The notes under the pieces are model-generated. The model made no database searches, was not told where the DNA came from, and worked only from the letters and a program-made list of their open reading frames with translations. From positions 1-39,793 of the forward strand of contig CAXXSM010000108.1 in assembly GCA_963663405.2 (NCBI GenBank): 39,793 nt of DNA, in the 5' to 3' direction. The position numbers and the translations under genes were made by a program. Position 1 is the stretch's first letter. Each line of letters begins with the position of its first letter. Below, piece after piece: positions 21,353 to 30,615 of this stretch. This DNA is from a bacterium. GTDB taxonomy: Bacteria > Hinthialibacterota > Hinthialibacteria > Hinthialibacterales > Hinthialibacteraceae.

Positions 21353-22297
21353 TTACTTTTTCTCCTCGGTTTCCTCGGTAGCGATGTCTACCCAAGTCTT
21401 CTTTCCATCCGCGTTGATGTGAGGCGCGGCCCAGGTGACGGGGTATTGCACCTGTTCCATGATTTTCTTCTCGATCTTGCTGCCCGCCAGGTTCGGTTCA
21501 TCGTCCCAGCGGATTTTATGGTAGGTAAACCATTTCAGGAAAAAATGGGACATATGCGTCATGGGGATATACGCGATCAACAGTGAAGCGAGTAGAATTT
21601 CCAATCCAAGCAGCGCGCCGCCGACCGGGGCGGAAAGATTGAACGTTACCAGACTTTGAATGAACGACCGGGTTAAGTTAAAAGTAGGATCGATGGCAAG
21701 AAACACAATCCACGCGATTGCGAACACAACGAGAAAAAAGACCAGATTGAAGATCGCGCTTGGCGTTGTAAAGTCTTCCAATTCCGGATCGCAAAGGCGG
21801 CGGTAGAGCAGTCCGGCCGCGCCTACTGTCGCGAGGATTAGACCACAAACAGCGGCGATTTGAGTCAAGTAATAGACAGCGAATCCGATGAACGAGGCGT
21901 TCGCTCCGACTGTTACACCCGCCAATTCTAAAAGTGAACCACACGCCAGCAGTCCGATTAATCCCGCCAAGATATACAATCCAAAGTGAAACGGGAACGA
22001 GACCCACCAGAGTTTCCGGTTATTCTCAAAGAGAGCGATCAAAAAGAGAATCTCTGGAACCATCGCGCGAAGTTCATTCACTTTGGATTTCTCGATCGGT
22101 TTGGTCCACCAGTCGACTTCCTCCAGATTGGAACCGCCATATCTGGCTTTATCGCCAATTTCATGGCCGACTGGATACAATTCCCACCGGAGATGCAATG
22201 GCATTGACTGCATACGAAAAAACCGGACGATGACAACCAGCGCAAAGACGGCGATCGCCGCGTAGACAATGAGGTGGAGCAAAACCGAAGCGCTCAT
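21353..22297 (-). CDS. DsrM/NarI-like membrane cytochrome b subunit
   Basis: About 6 TM helices, LRWELYPV, PFHFG and PMTHMSH; abuts the DsrK-like gene. Confidence 0.8.
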   Translation of the reverse strand: MSASVLLHLIVYAAIAVFALVVIVRFFRMQSMPLHLRWELYPVGHEIGDKARYGGSNLEEVDWWTKPIEKSKVNELRAMVPEILFLIALFENNRKLWWVSFPFHFGLYILAGLIGLLACGSLLELAGVTVGANASFIGFAVYYLTQIAAVCGLILATVGAAGLLYRRLCDPELEDFTTPSAIFNLVFFLVVFAIAWIVFLAIDPTFNLTRSFIQSLVTFNLSAPVGGALLGLEILLASLLIAYIPMTHMSHFFLKWFTYHKIRWDDEPNLAGSKIEKKIMEQVQYPVTWAAPHINADGKKTWVDIATEETEEKK

Positions 22298-22533
22298 ACT
22301 TACTCTCCTTGTTTGGATTGAACGTCATTCTTGCTTGCAACCGGTCTTCACGACCGGGGAAACACGGATTCGGATCGAACGGCTTTGGTTCCACCACGCT
22401 CGATCTATTATGTTTTATTATACCGGCCGCGAGGCGCTCCCGGTTATTAATTCAAAATTAGAAGGCTGAATGCCCGGTTTCAATTTATTCCCGGACAAGA
22501 CACCCGCGTTCAATTGGGGCGCCCCGCTCTATT

Positions 22534-22563
22534 AAAAAACGAGCGCCCGTGTGGTGGGCGTTC
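22534..22563 (-). terminator. Intrinsic terminator
   Basis: The minus strand reads GAACGCCC-accacac-GGGCGCTC-GTTTTTT. Confidence 0.65.
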
Positions 22564-22707
22564 ACAACCACCCTCCCTTTTCACGCGCGCGATTCGCTGA
22601 TCCAGCGCCGGTTATCGAGATAGGGCGGCGCCGGTATATCGAACAGGCCGATGGATCATTCGATAAAACAGCGGTTATCGAATTCCCTTCGGTCTCTTTT
22701 AAACAAT
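22534..22707 (-). ncRNA. Candidate structured sRNA or leader, unassigned
   Basis: TTGACA-N16-TACTCT promoter at 22741-22714, several stems and a terminator at 22563-22534. Confidence 0.3.
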
Positions 22708-22877
22708 AGGAGTAGAGTAACCTCATACGCCATGCTGTCAAGAACAATTGAGGAGCGATATGATTTATAAACACATCAACCGGTACCATTCTTTTTCGAA
22801 TGAATTTTTTATCCAAGGAAACAATTTTATTTTAACAACAGTCTTAAACATAAAAAAATACAGGGAATTAATACAAG

Positions 22878-23426
22878 ATGAATGGAATTGTTGTGAAGTT
22901 TGACGCGGAACGCGGTTTTGGATTTATCCGGGTATCCGGGAGGGAAGAAGATGTTTTCGTGCATGTATCCAATGTTATTAACCGGAGAGAATTGCATGTC
23001 GGTCAGAATGTGCGGTTTGAATTGGAGTCCAGCCCGAAAGGACCACGTGCGAAGAACGTAAGACCAGGTATAAGACCTACCGATCTGTTTCTGTTGATAG
23101 GATTAATAACAGTAATCGTCACAGTTTCTCTGTTAAGAATTGCTTCCCATGTTTCCTGGATCCTCTCATATCTAGTTGGAATCAATCTCAGCGTATTGAT
23201 CCTCTACGCCTATGACAAAATGGCGGCCAAATTGGACTATTCACGCGTTCCCGAATGGATTCTTCATGCGTTCACTTTCGCAGGGGGGACACCGGCGGCG
23301 GTGTTCAGTCAATATGTCTTTCGGCATAAAACCGTCAAGGAATCGTTCCGGTTCTGGTTTTGGGTGATTGTTTGGATTCAGATTGTATTACTTGCAGGGC
23401 TTCTATATTGGATGTTGGCGGGGTGA
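22878..23426 (+). CDS. Cold-shock domain + DUF1294 membrane protein
   Basis: GFGFI and DVFVH RNP motifs, then YDKMAA...RVPE..LH...GGTP.A...FRHKT (DUF1294). Confidence 0.9.
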   Translation: MNGIVVKFDAERGFGFIRVSGREEDVFVHVSNVINRRELHVGQNVRFELESSPKGPRAKNVRPGIRPTDLFLLIGLITVIVTVSLLRIASHVSWILSYLVGINLSVLILYAYDKMAAKLDYSRVPEWILHAFTFAGGTPAAVFSQYVFRHKTVKESFRFWFWVIVWIQIVLLAGLLYWMLAG

Positions 23427-23465
23427 GTGTAATTACTCTCCAACATAAGCGCTAGCAATTAAGGA

Positions 23466-23522
23466 AAGGGCGGAAGAAGAAAACCTTGCCCTTGGCGCCC
23501 TCTCATAATATTATTATGAGAG
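23466..23522. repeat. Single arm of the 8.8-kb REP-like repeat plus an AT-rich hairpin between convergent genes
   Basis: AAGGGCGGAAGAAGAAAACCTTGCCCTTGGCGCCCTCTC resembles the reverse complement of 8814-8850; CTCTCATAATA-T-TATTATGAGAG hairpin. Confidence 0.6.
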
Positions 23523-23532
23523 TTGAAATGAA

Positions 23533-25281
23533 TTACGATTTCTCATACACGAGACGCCCACCCAGGTAGGTCTGCAGGACTTGAATGTCTTTGATTTCAT
23601 CGACTGGGCAGGTCATATAATCTCTGTCAATCACAATGAAATCGGCCAGTTTTCCCGCTTCGAGCGATCCCCGATCTTTTTCACTGAAATGAAGGTACGC
23701 GCAGTTGATCGTATAAAAGCGGATCGCTTCGACTCGCGAGAGCGCTTGTTCGGGATGAAGCGGACGATCGAGCCATTTCGCCTCCCGCGTCATCGTTGTA
23801 TAGATTCCCAGCCAGGGATCATAGAAATTAATCGACCGCAGCGAGCCGATTTTCTGCATATGATCCGAGCCGCCGCCCGCCATTCCTCCCGCTGCGAAAA
23901 TTGACCGCAGTGGTTGGAACCAAGTCAGGCGCTCGTAGCCGAAATGATGGTTCAATGTCCGGCCATCCAACTGCAGCCACGCCGGTTGGATATCCAAGCA
24001 GATCCCCATCTCCGCCGCGCGCAGGACCGCATCCTCGCTCATAAAGTTGGAATGACAGATCACGGGACGTTTCGCCCGGATATCGAATTGATCCCGCAAC
24101 GCCGCGCAGCCATCGATGATGCCATGCACGGCGCCGTCACCGACGCTGTGCGCGTTGAATTGAACATTGTTCTTCATGCAGGCGGCCAGAATCCCAATTA
24201 GTTTCTCTTCCGGGATGAACCGTGTTCCTCTGTATGCTGGATCTTTTATATTGTACATTTCACTGACGCCCCACGGTTCGCGCATAAACGCGCTGCCCGT
24301 AAGCATCCCGCCGTCCATGTACGTTTTAATCGCTCCGACACGCAGGAGATTGGTTCCTTTATAGAGGGGAGACTGCGCGACCGCGCGGATGTCCCGTTCG
24401 ATATCCTCCATGGATTGGATCGTATCGACATGTTTCGAGAGAAACGACCGGACCATTAATTCCCCCTGATCTTGGAGGCTCTCATAGAGTTTGATCTCAC
24501 TTTCATCGGCGTCCCGCTCACCTACACCGGTAATACCCACGCGGTTGTAATCGGCGAACAGTTCTTTCAGGAGCGCGCCATGTTCTTCGATTGTTGGTTT
24601 TTTGAGAGATGGGTGTTTCAAATACCGCGTGCAGCCTCGCAGGATACCGGTTAATTTCCCCGTTTTGGGATCTTTTTCCGCATAGCCAGGGCCGCCATCG
24701 TCCACTTTCCAATTTTCATCGATTCCGCAAGCCTGCAGCGCAAGTGAATTAACCGACGCGTCGGGACCGGTACGGAAAACAACGGGATTGTCTGGCGCCA
24801 CCGCATTCAGTTCTTCCATCGTTGGATAGCGTTCCTCTTTCAAGCGGGTCAAAAAAACCTGGCTGACCCAAACCCACTCCCCATCCGGGACAACCTCGAT
24901 ACGTGACCGGATATAATCGAGCACATCGGGGATGGATTCCATCAAGGGCAATTTATGATCAAACTCAGCGGCGCAGGCTGCGGCGGGATGCGTATGCGAA
25001 TCGATCAATCCCGGCAGAATCGTTTTTCCACGCAAATGAAAGACTTTCGTCGTGGCCCCCTGGAAACGCTTCACCTCCTGTTCACCGCCGATGGCGATGA
25101 TCCGATCCCCTTGAATCGCCATGGCGTTTTGGATTGAAAAGGCTTCATCGACGGTAATGATCTTTCCCCCCATTAAAATCAGATCGGCTGTTTCTTCAGA
25201 CGCGAATAGGATTGGGGTAACAAAGAACAAACAAAGAATTAACACAATGAATGCGGTGTTTTTTTGGATCATGATGGTCAC
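23533..25281 (-). CDS. Secreted amidohydrolase 3 family (YtcJ-like) metallo-hydrolase
   Basis: Signal peptide, PGLIDSHTH, HSVGD, GGSD and GSLEAGKLADF. Confidence 0.88.
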   Translation of the reverse strand: MTIMIQKNTAFIVLILCLFFVTPILFASEETADLILMGGKIITVDEAFSIQNAMAIQGDRIIAIGGEQEVKRFQGATTKVFHLRGKTILPGLIDSHTHPAAACAAEFDHKLPLMESIPDVLDYIRSRIEVVPDGEWVWVSQVFLTRLKEERYPTMEELNAVAPDNPVVFRTGPDASVNSLALQACGIDENWKVDDGGPGYAEKDPKTGKLTGILRGCTRYLKHPSLKKPTIEEHGALLKELFADYNRVGITGVGERDADESEIKLYESLQDQGELMVRSFLSKHVDTIQSMEDIERDIRAVAQSPLYKGTNLLRVGAIKTYMDGGMLTGSAFMREPWGVSEMYNIKDPAYRGTRFIPEEKLIGILAACMKNNVQFNAHSVGDGAVHGIIDGCAALRDQFDIRAKRPVICHSNFMSEDAVLRAAEMGICLDIQPAWLQLDGRTLNHHFGYERLTWFQPLRSIFAAGGMAGGGSDHMQKIGSLRSINFYDPWLGIYTTMTREAKWLDRPLHPEQALSRVEAIRFYTINCAYLHFSEKDRGSLEAGKLADFIVIDRDYMTCPVDEIKDIQVLQTYLGGRLVYEKS

Positions 25282-25505
25282 CTTTCAGAATGAATGAATA
25301 GGCCTCCATAATCTTATAAAACAGGAGTAAACACAAGCGTTGGAACAAGATTCAAACAGATTATAACAAGAAAAAAAATGGAAAAATTACTTACATTTCT
25401 TTCCATTTTGTATTGTGGAGCCACTTTTTATTCCTTCTTTGATGGGATAACATATGGGAATTAAGGCGAGTAATACGTTACTGTGGAATGAAACGCAGGC
25501 TATTT

Positions 25506-25602
25506 GTTTATAAGAACTATCACGATCGAGATCACAACCTGCGAATGAAAATGAGTTGCGAGAGTTATCGCGAACGAGCAAGTCTCAGAAACTCATTTTC
25601 AT
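25506..25602. repeat. Dispersed repeat with a 13-bp inverted repeat; partial second copy at about 8753-8805
   Basis: ATGAAAATGAGTT (25545-25557) pairs with AACTCATTTTCAT (25590-25602). AACTATCA..AT.GAGATC....AATGAAAATGAGTTG occurs at both loci. Confidence 0.6.
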
Positions 25603-25751
25603 ATAAAACTCAATCAACGCTCACCGGCTGGGGGGTATGATTTGGCCTTGATTGAGACGTCTTACTTCATCACACGGTTTCTATAGGCCACAATCTATTC
25701 GAATCAGAAGGATCCGGCCCCATCAAGCCGGTCATTCTGAGGGGATTTGAT

Positions 25752-27404
25752 ATGTATTTTGATGTTCTCGAACGATTGAACGAACAATTGAAAGAAACTG
25801 CGCTCACACTCGCTCCGGATCAGGAATCGATCACCGCGCCCCTGTTTTTCACTCCAGCGAAAGATCCCCAGCATGGCGATCTAGCGACCAACGCCGCGCT
25901 CGTTTTGGCGAAACCTCTCAAGAAAGCGCCACGTGAGATCGCGGTGGAATTTGCAAAGGCGTTATCGGAAAATAATTTAATAGAAGATGTCTCCATCGCG
26001 GGCCCTGGTTTTATTAATGTGCGGCTCAAGGACATAGTTCTCGTCGATACGCTGAAATCCGTTTTGACCAATGGGACGCAATACGGCCGATCCAACCGCT
26101 ATGAAGGGCAGAACGCGCTGGTTGAATTCGTCAGCGCCAATCCCACAGGCCCCCTGCATGTCGGACACGTGCGTGGCGCGATCGTCGGCGACACAGCGGC
26201 GGAACTTTTAAACGCTGTGGGATACAATGTAACCCGCGAATACTACTACAACGACGCCGGCGTGCAGATGCAGATGCTAGGCCGATCAGTTCAATCCCGC
26301 TACCGGGGATTATTCGGCGCCGACGCGCCATTCCCGGAAAATGGGTATAAAGGCGAATACATCATCGACATCGCCCAGGAACTGAAAGAGAAAGAGGGCG
26401 GCGCGCTGTTGGAAGAGGAATCCTGGGAACCATTCACCGAATTCGCGGCGGAGAAATTGATGGGGATCATCATGGATGATCTTCAAAGGATGCGGGTCGA
26501 ATTCGACACCACCTTCAGCGAACGATCCCTGCACACATCCGGCGCCGTGCAAAAGACGCTTGACGGTCTCGCTCGATTAAACGCGACATACGAAAACGAA
26601 GGCGCCGTCTGGCTCCGCACAACAGATTACGGCGATGAAAAAGACCGTGTATTGGTGAAAAGCGATGGAGAGGTGACCTACGTCACACCGGATATCGCTT
26701 ACCACTGCGATAAATACGAACGGAATTTTGACCTGTTGGTCAATGTGATGGGACACGACCACCACAGCCAAGTAGAGCGAGTCAAAATCGCGGTCGGCTT
26801 GCTGGGACATGACACATCGAATCTCAAGTATCTTTTGAACCAGATGGTCAGCATTCTCCGGGGGGGCGAGAAGGTGAAACTGTCCACTCGCGAAGGGCAG
26901 TTCATGACCATGGCGGAAATGCTCGATGAACTCGGCGCTGATGTCACCCGCTATTTTTACGCGCAACGCAGCTATAATGCGCAGATGACCTTTGATTGGG
27001 ATCTTGCGAAAAAACAGTCGATGGATAACCCCGTCTATTACCTGCAATACGTCCACGCCCGTTCGTGCAGCCTTGCAGAGAAAGCGAGCGAGCGGGACAT
27101 TCAATCGGCGCAGGATTTCGATCCGGCGGTTCTCTCGAACGAACGCGAGCGGCTTCTATTGTTAAAGTTATTCTACTATCCACTCGTTGTCATGGACGCG
27201 GCGGAGCGGTTGGAATCGCATTTAATTCCCGCGTACCTTGAAGATTTGGCGAAAACGTTTCATACATACTACCAGGCGCAGCGGGTGCTCGATCAGGATG
27301 ATCCAACGGGCAGCGCCGCGCGGTTTCAGTTGGTGCTCGGAGTGCGGCAAGTGATGCGCAATGGACTGGGCTTGTTGAAAGTCGACGCGCCCGAGCGCAT
27401 GTAA
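25752..27404 (+). CDS. argS: Arginine--tRNA ligase
   Basis: HGDLATN, EFVSANPTGPLHVGH, KLSTREG, NPVYYLQYVHAR and terminal APERM. Confidence 0.97.
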   Translation: MYFDVLERLNEQLKETALTLAPDQESITAPLFFTPAKDPQHGDLATNAALVLAKPLKKAPREIAVEFAKALSENNLIEDVSIAGPGFINVRLKDIVLVDTLKSVLTNGTQYGRSNRYEGQNALVEFVSANPTGPLHVGHVRGAIVGDTAAELLNAVGYNVTREYYYNDAGVQMQMLGRSVQSRYRGLFGADAPFPENGYKGEYIIDIAQELKEKEGGALLEEESWEPFTEFAAEKLMGIIMDDLQRMRVEFDTTFSERSLHTSGAVQKTLDGLARLNATYENEGAVWLRTTDYGDEKDRVLVKSDGEVTYVTPDIAYHCDKYERNFDLLVNVMGHDHHSQVERVKIAVGLLGHDTSNLKYLLNQMVSILRGGEKVKLSTREGQFMTMAEMLDELGADVTRYFYAQRSYNAQMTFDWDLAKKQSMDNPVYYLQYVHARSCSLAEKASERDIQSAQDFDPAVLSNERERLLLLKLFYYPLVVMDAAERLESHLIPAYLEDLAKTFHTYYQAQRVLDQDDPTGSAARFQLVLGVRQVMRNGLGLLKVDAPERM

Positions 27405-27417
27405 GGAAGAGGATATT

Positions 27418-28434
27418 ATGACCAGAATTGGAATCATTGGATGCGGTGGCATGGGGAAAATGCACGGGCAGGCCTGCCTGGCGAGTCCCACAGCGGAACT
27501 GATCTGCGCCGCGGATGAACTGCGTGATAAAGCGACGGAATACGCAAAACAAATGAATTGCGCTTTGGTGGATTCTCCGGAAGAACTGCTGAAACGGGAC
27601 GATATCGACGCTGTGATGATCTGCACTCCGACGCCCTCCCATCACCCTCTCTCCCTCGCGGCGCTGCGCGCGGGGAAACATGTGTTTGTTGAAAAACCCC
27701 TCGCCCGGACGCTTGCGTTGGCGGAAGAACTTGTGGCCGAGGCGGAACGGACAGGTTTATTCAATCAAGTCGGTCAAGTGCTCCGTTTTTGGCCGGAATA
27801 CACATTTCTGAAAAAAGCCTGTGATGATAACCGCTGGGGAAAACTGAACCAGATTGATCTCTGGCGCGCCTGCGCGCAGCCGGGTTGGTCGGAAAACAAC
27901 TGGTATCTCAATCCAGAAATCAGCGGCGGGGCGGCGCTGGATCTTCATCTCCACGACACCGACGCCGTCCATTATCTCTTTGGCGCGCCAAAGGCCGTGT
28001 TCTCACGCGGCGTGAAGGATGAGACCGGCTGGCGCCATTTATCCACACAATACATACTTGATTCCGGTCCGGTCGTCCAGGCGGAAGGCACATGGCACAA
28101 CGCGGAAAAATACGCTTTCCGCATGGGCTATCTCGCGGCGTTCGAACAAGGCGTTCTCGATTTTGACTCCTCCCGCGAATCGCCGTTCCTGTTTTATCCC
28201 AACCAGGGCGAACCCATCGTTCCAGAATTACCCAAACCGGAAGAGACAAAACCTGTCGAAGGGATCAATATCACCGATCTAGGCGGGTATTTGCTGCAAG
28301 ACCGATATTTCTTTGATTCCATCGCCGCCGGCGCCCAGCCCACACAATCGGCCTTCGCCGATGGGCGGGATTCCCTGCGTACCGTGGAAGCCGAAATCCG
28401 GTCGGCGGAAACAGGAGAATTGGTCTCGCTGTAA
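27418..28434 (+). CDS. Gfo/Idh/MocA oxidoreductase
   Basis: GIIGCGGMG, GKHVFVEKP and SGGAALDLHLHD. Confidence 0.9.
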   Translation: MTRIGIIGCGGMGKMHGQACLASPTAELICAADELRDKATEYAKQMNCALVDSPEELLKRDDIDAVMICTPTPSHHPLSLAALRAGKHVFVEKPLARTLALAEELVAEAERTGLFNQVGQVLRFWPEYTFLKKACDDNRWGKLNQIDLWRACAQPGWSENNWYLNPEISGGAALDLHLHDTDAVHYLFGAPKAVFSRGVKDETGWRHLSTQYILDSGPVVQAEGTWHNAEKYAFRMGYLAAFEQGVLDFDSSRESPFLFYPNQGEPIVPELPKPEETKPVEGINITDLGGYLLQDRYFFDSIAAGAQPTQSAFADGRDSLRTVEAEIRSAETGELVSL

Positions 28435-28466
28435 CATATTCTCCAATCGTGAAGAGGAGAAAGACA

Positions 28467-29450
28467 ATGGTACGAATCGGTCTAATCGGCGCGGGCACGA
28501 TGGGACGGGCGCACGCCGAATCGATTCAACATCTAAACGGCGTCCAATTGACCGCAGTTGCGGATACCGAAATCGGTAAAGCGCATACGTTAGCCGAACC
28601 GCATCAAGCTGTTCCCCTCTCCGAAGCGGGGGAATTGGTGAACCGGGATGACGTAGACGCCGTCATTGTCGCGAGCCCGACTCCATTTCACTACGCCCAC
28701 GCCAAAGCTGCGATGGAAAACGGCAAGCATGTTTTTCTTGAGATGCCTATGGTACGGCGGATCGAAGAAGGCGAAGAATTGATCCAGCTCGCCCAGGAAC
28801 GAAAGATCACACTCACCATCGATCATAACCTGCGCTATTTTCTCGAATACGCGGCGATCAAACAGAAGATCGATGAGGGCGCCGTGGGGAAACCGGGCGT
28901 AATCCGGCTGGGACGGCGGACCTCTCATCCCCGAAACTGGTATTCAAATTTTGAAAGCAGCGGTGGAGTGATTCTGGATGCGATGGTTCATGAAATCGAC
29001 TTTCTGCTCTGGTGCTTCGGTCCCGCGCGGCGCGTGTTCTGCCAGGGTTTGCACGAACGGTTGTCGACGGAACAACTCGATTACGCCCTCGCCATCATCC
29101 GCATGCAAAGCGGCGCCATCGCGCATATAGAATCGTCTTGGAGCCATTACGGGCAATACGCGCACGATGTCGAAATCGCAGGGGACAAAGGCTTGCTCCG
29201 CAGTGACAACCAAAGTTCGATTCCATTACGTCTCTCACTGACGGATTGGCAAACCGGCGGTCGCCGGTATTTTTCGGAAAGCCCCGTCCAGGCGCCGGCC
29301 TGTTTCAATTTATTGAAAGCGTTCCTGTGCGCCATCAAAGGGGAAGGCAAGAATCCCGTGCCCGGCGCAGAGGCGCTCGAAGTCGTGCGGCTCGCGCTGG
29401 CTGCGATCGAGTCGGTGGAATCGAAACAGCCTATCACGTTGAACGCGTAA
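28467..29450 (+). CDS. Gfo/Idh/MocA oxidoreductase (EMP variant)
   Basis: GLIGAGTMG, GKHVFLEMP and SGGVILDAMVHE; GAGGAG SD precedes ATG 28467. Confidence 0.88.
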   Translation: MVRIGLIGAGTMGRAHAESIQHLNGVQLTAVADTEIGKAHTLAEPHQAVPLSEAGELVNRDDVDAVIVASPTPFHYAHAKAAMENGKHVFLEMPMVRRIEEGEELIQLAQERKITLTIDHNLRYFLEYAAIKQKIDEGAVGKPGVIRLGRRTSHPRNWYSNFESSGGVILDAMVHEIDFLLWCFGPARRVFCQGLHERLSTEQLDYALAIIRMQSGAIAHIESSWSHYGQYAHDVEIAGDKGLLRSDNQSSIPLRLSLTDWQTGGRRYFSESPVQAPACFNLLKAFLCAIKGEGKNPVPGAEALEVVRLALAAIESVESKQPITLNA

Positions 29451-29492
29451 CAGAAAAACACCGAGCAAAACCGCCGGTGGAGGTATTCATCC

Positions 29493-30500
29493 ATGGGAAT
29501 CCGAATCGGTATGATCTCGTTCGCTCACATGCACGCCAACAGCTACGCGGCCTGTCTCCAACAGATTCCCAACCGGGTTGAACTCGCCGGGATTTTTGAT
29601 GAAGACAGAGATCGGGGACGCGCAGCCGCGGAGACTTATCAGACACCGTTTTTTGAATCTTGTGACCGGCTGCTGGCGGAAGAGATCAACGGCGTGATCA
29701 TCTGCGCGGAAAACGCGAAACATGAAGCCTATACCATTCAAGCCGCCGGAGCGGGAAAACATGTGCTCTGTGAAAAACCTCTCGCGACAACGATAAAAAG
29801 CGCGCAGGCGATGATCGACGCCTGCCGGGAAAATAATTCCCAGCTAATGACGGCGTTTCCCTGCCGGTACAGTTCACCGCTGATACGCGCCTGTCAGCTC
29901 GTACGGGAACGAAAACTGGGAAAGATTCTCGCCATGAAAGGCACAAATCACGGAACCATGCCGGGCGGTTGGTTTATTGATAAAGAACTCGCCGGCGGCG
30001 GCGCGGTGATGGATCATACCGTGCACGTCGTAGATCTGTGGCGCTGGATGCTTAAGAAGGAAGCGGTCTCCGTATACGCCGAAGCGGGGCAGTTGTTTTA
30101 TCCGGATATCAATATAGAGGACGCGGGGTTGCTGGCGATGGAATTTCAAGGCGGCGTCTTCGCGACGTTGGACACTTCCTGGTCCCGTCCCAACGCGTCG
30201 TTCCCTACATGGGGAGACTTGACCTTGGAAATTGTTGGGGATACGGGTACTTTATTCGTTGACGCATTCAAACAGGATATTGAAATCTATAACAATGACG
30301 CGGTCAAATCGGAGTGGTCCTGTTGGGCTGACAACGTGGATATGGGATTGATCGATACGTTTGTGAAAACCATCGAAGACAACAGCCCCTCTCCTATCAC
30401 CGGTGAGGATGGATTGAAAGCGATGGAAGCCGCTCTCGGCGCCTACCGGTCGCTGGAAACCGGCCAACCCGTCTCCCTGCCACTGGATGCGGACACGTAA
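29493..30500 (+). CDS. Gfo/Idh/MocA oxidoreductase
   Basis: SFAHMHA, GKHVLCEKP and GGGAVMDHTVH. Confidence 0.9.
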   Translation: MGIRIGMISFAHMHANSYAACLQQIPNRVELAGIFDEDRDRGRAAAETYQTPFFESCDRLLAEEINGVIICAENAKHEAYTIQAAGAGKHVLCEKPLATTIKSAQAMIDACRENNSQLMTAFPCRYSSPLIRACQLVRERKLGKILAMKGTNHGTMPGGWFIDKELAGGGAVMDHTVHVVDLWRWMLKKEAVSVYAEAGQLFYPDINIEDAGLLAMEFQGGVFATLDTSWSRPNASFPTWGDLTLEIVGDTGTLFVDAFKQDIEIYNNDAVKSEWSCWADNVDMGLIDTFVKTIEDNSPSPITGEDGLKAMEAALGAYRSLETGQPVSLPLDADT

Positions 30501-30615
30501 TCACGAATGGAGCGCAGGTTAAAAAAAACAAAAGGACACCATTGACTTTACAATCTTCTATAATCGGCAAGAATAATCCCTCACTGATAAATAAATCAAT
30601 GGAATCACGTACGCC

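Noticed and set aside
19735-22297. Evidence for dissimilatory sulfate reduction
   Set aside because: No dsrAB, dsrC or dsrJOP in the window, and DsrMK-like pairs occur in non-sulfate-reducers.
22562-22816. 84-aa minus-strand ORF
   Set aside because: No recognisable motif, and it spans a promoter-like sequence and RNA-like stems.
25600-25751. T-box riboswitch before argS
   Set aside because: No GGTGGNACCGCG-type T-box or terminator is visible.
30542-30564. TTGACT...TATAAT promoter before the response regulator
   Set aside because: The spacer is only 11 bp, which is not a valid sigma70 geometry.
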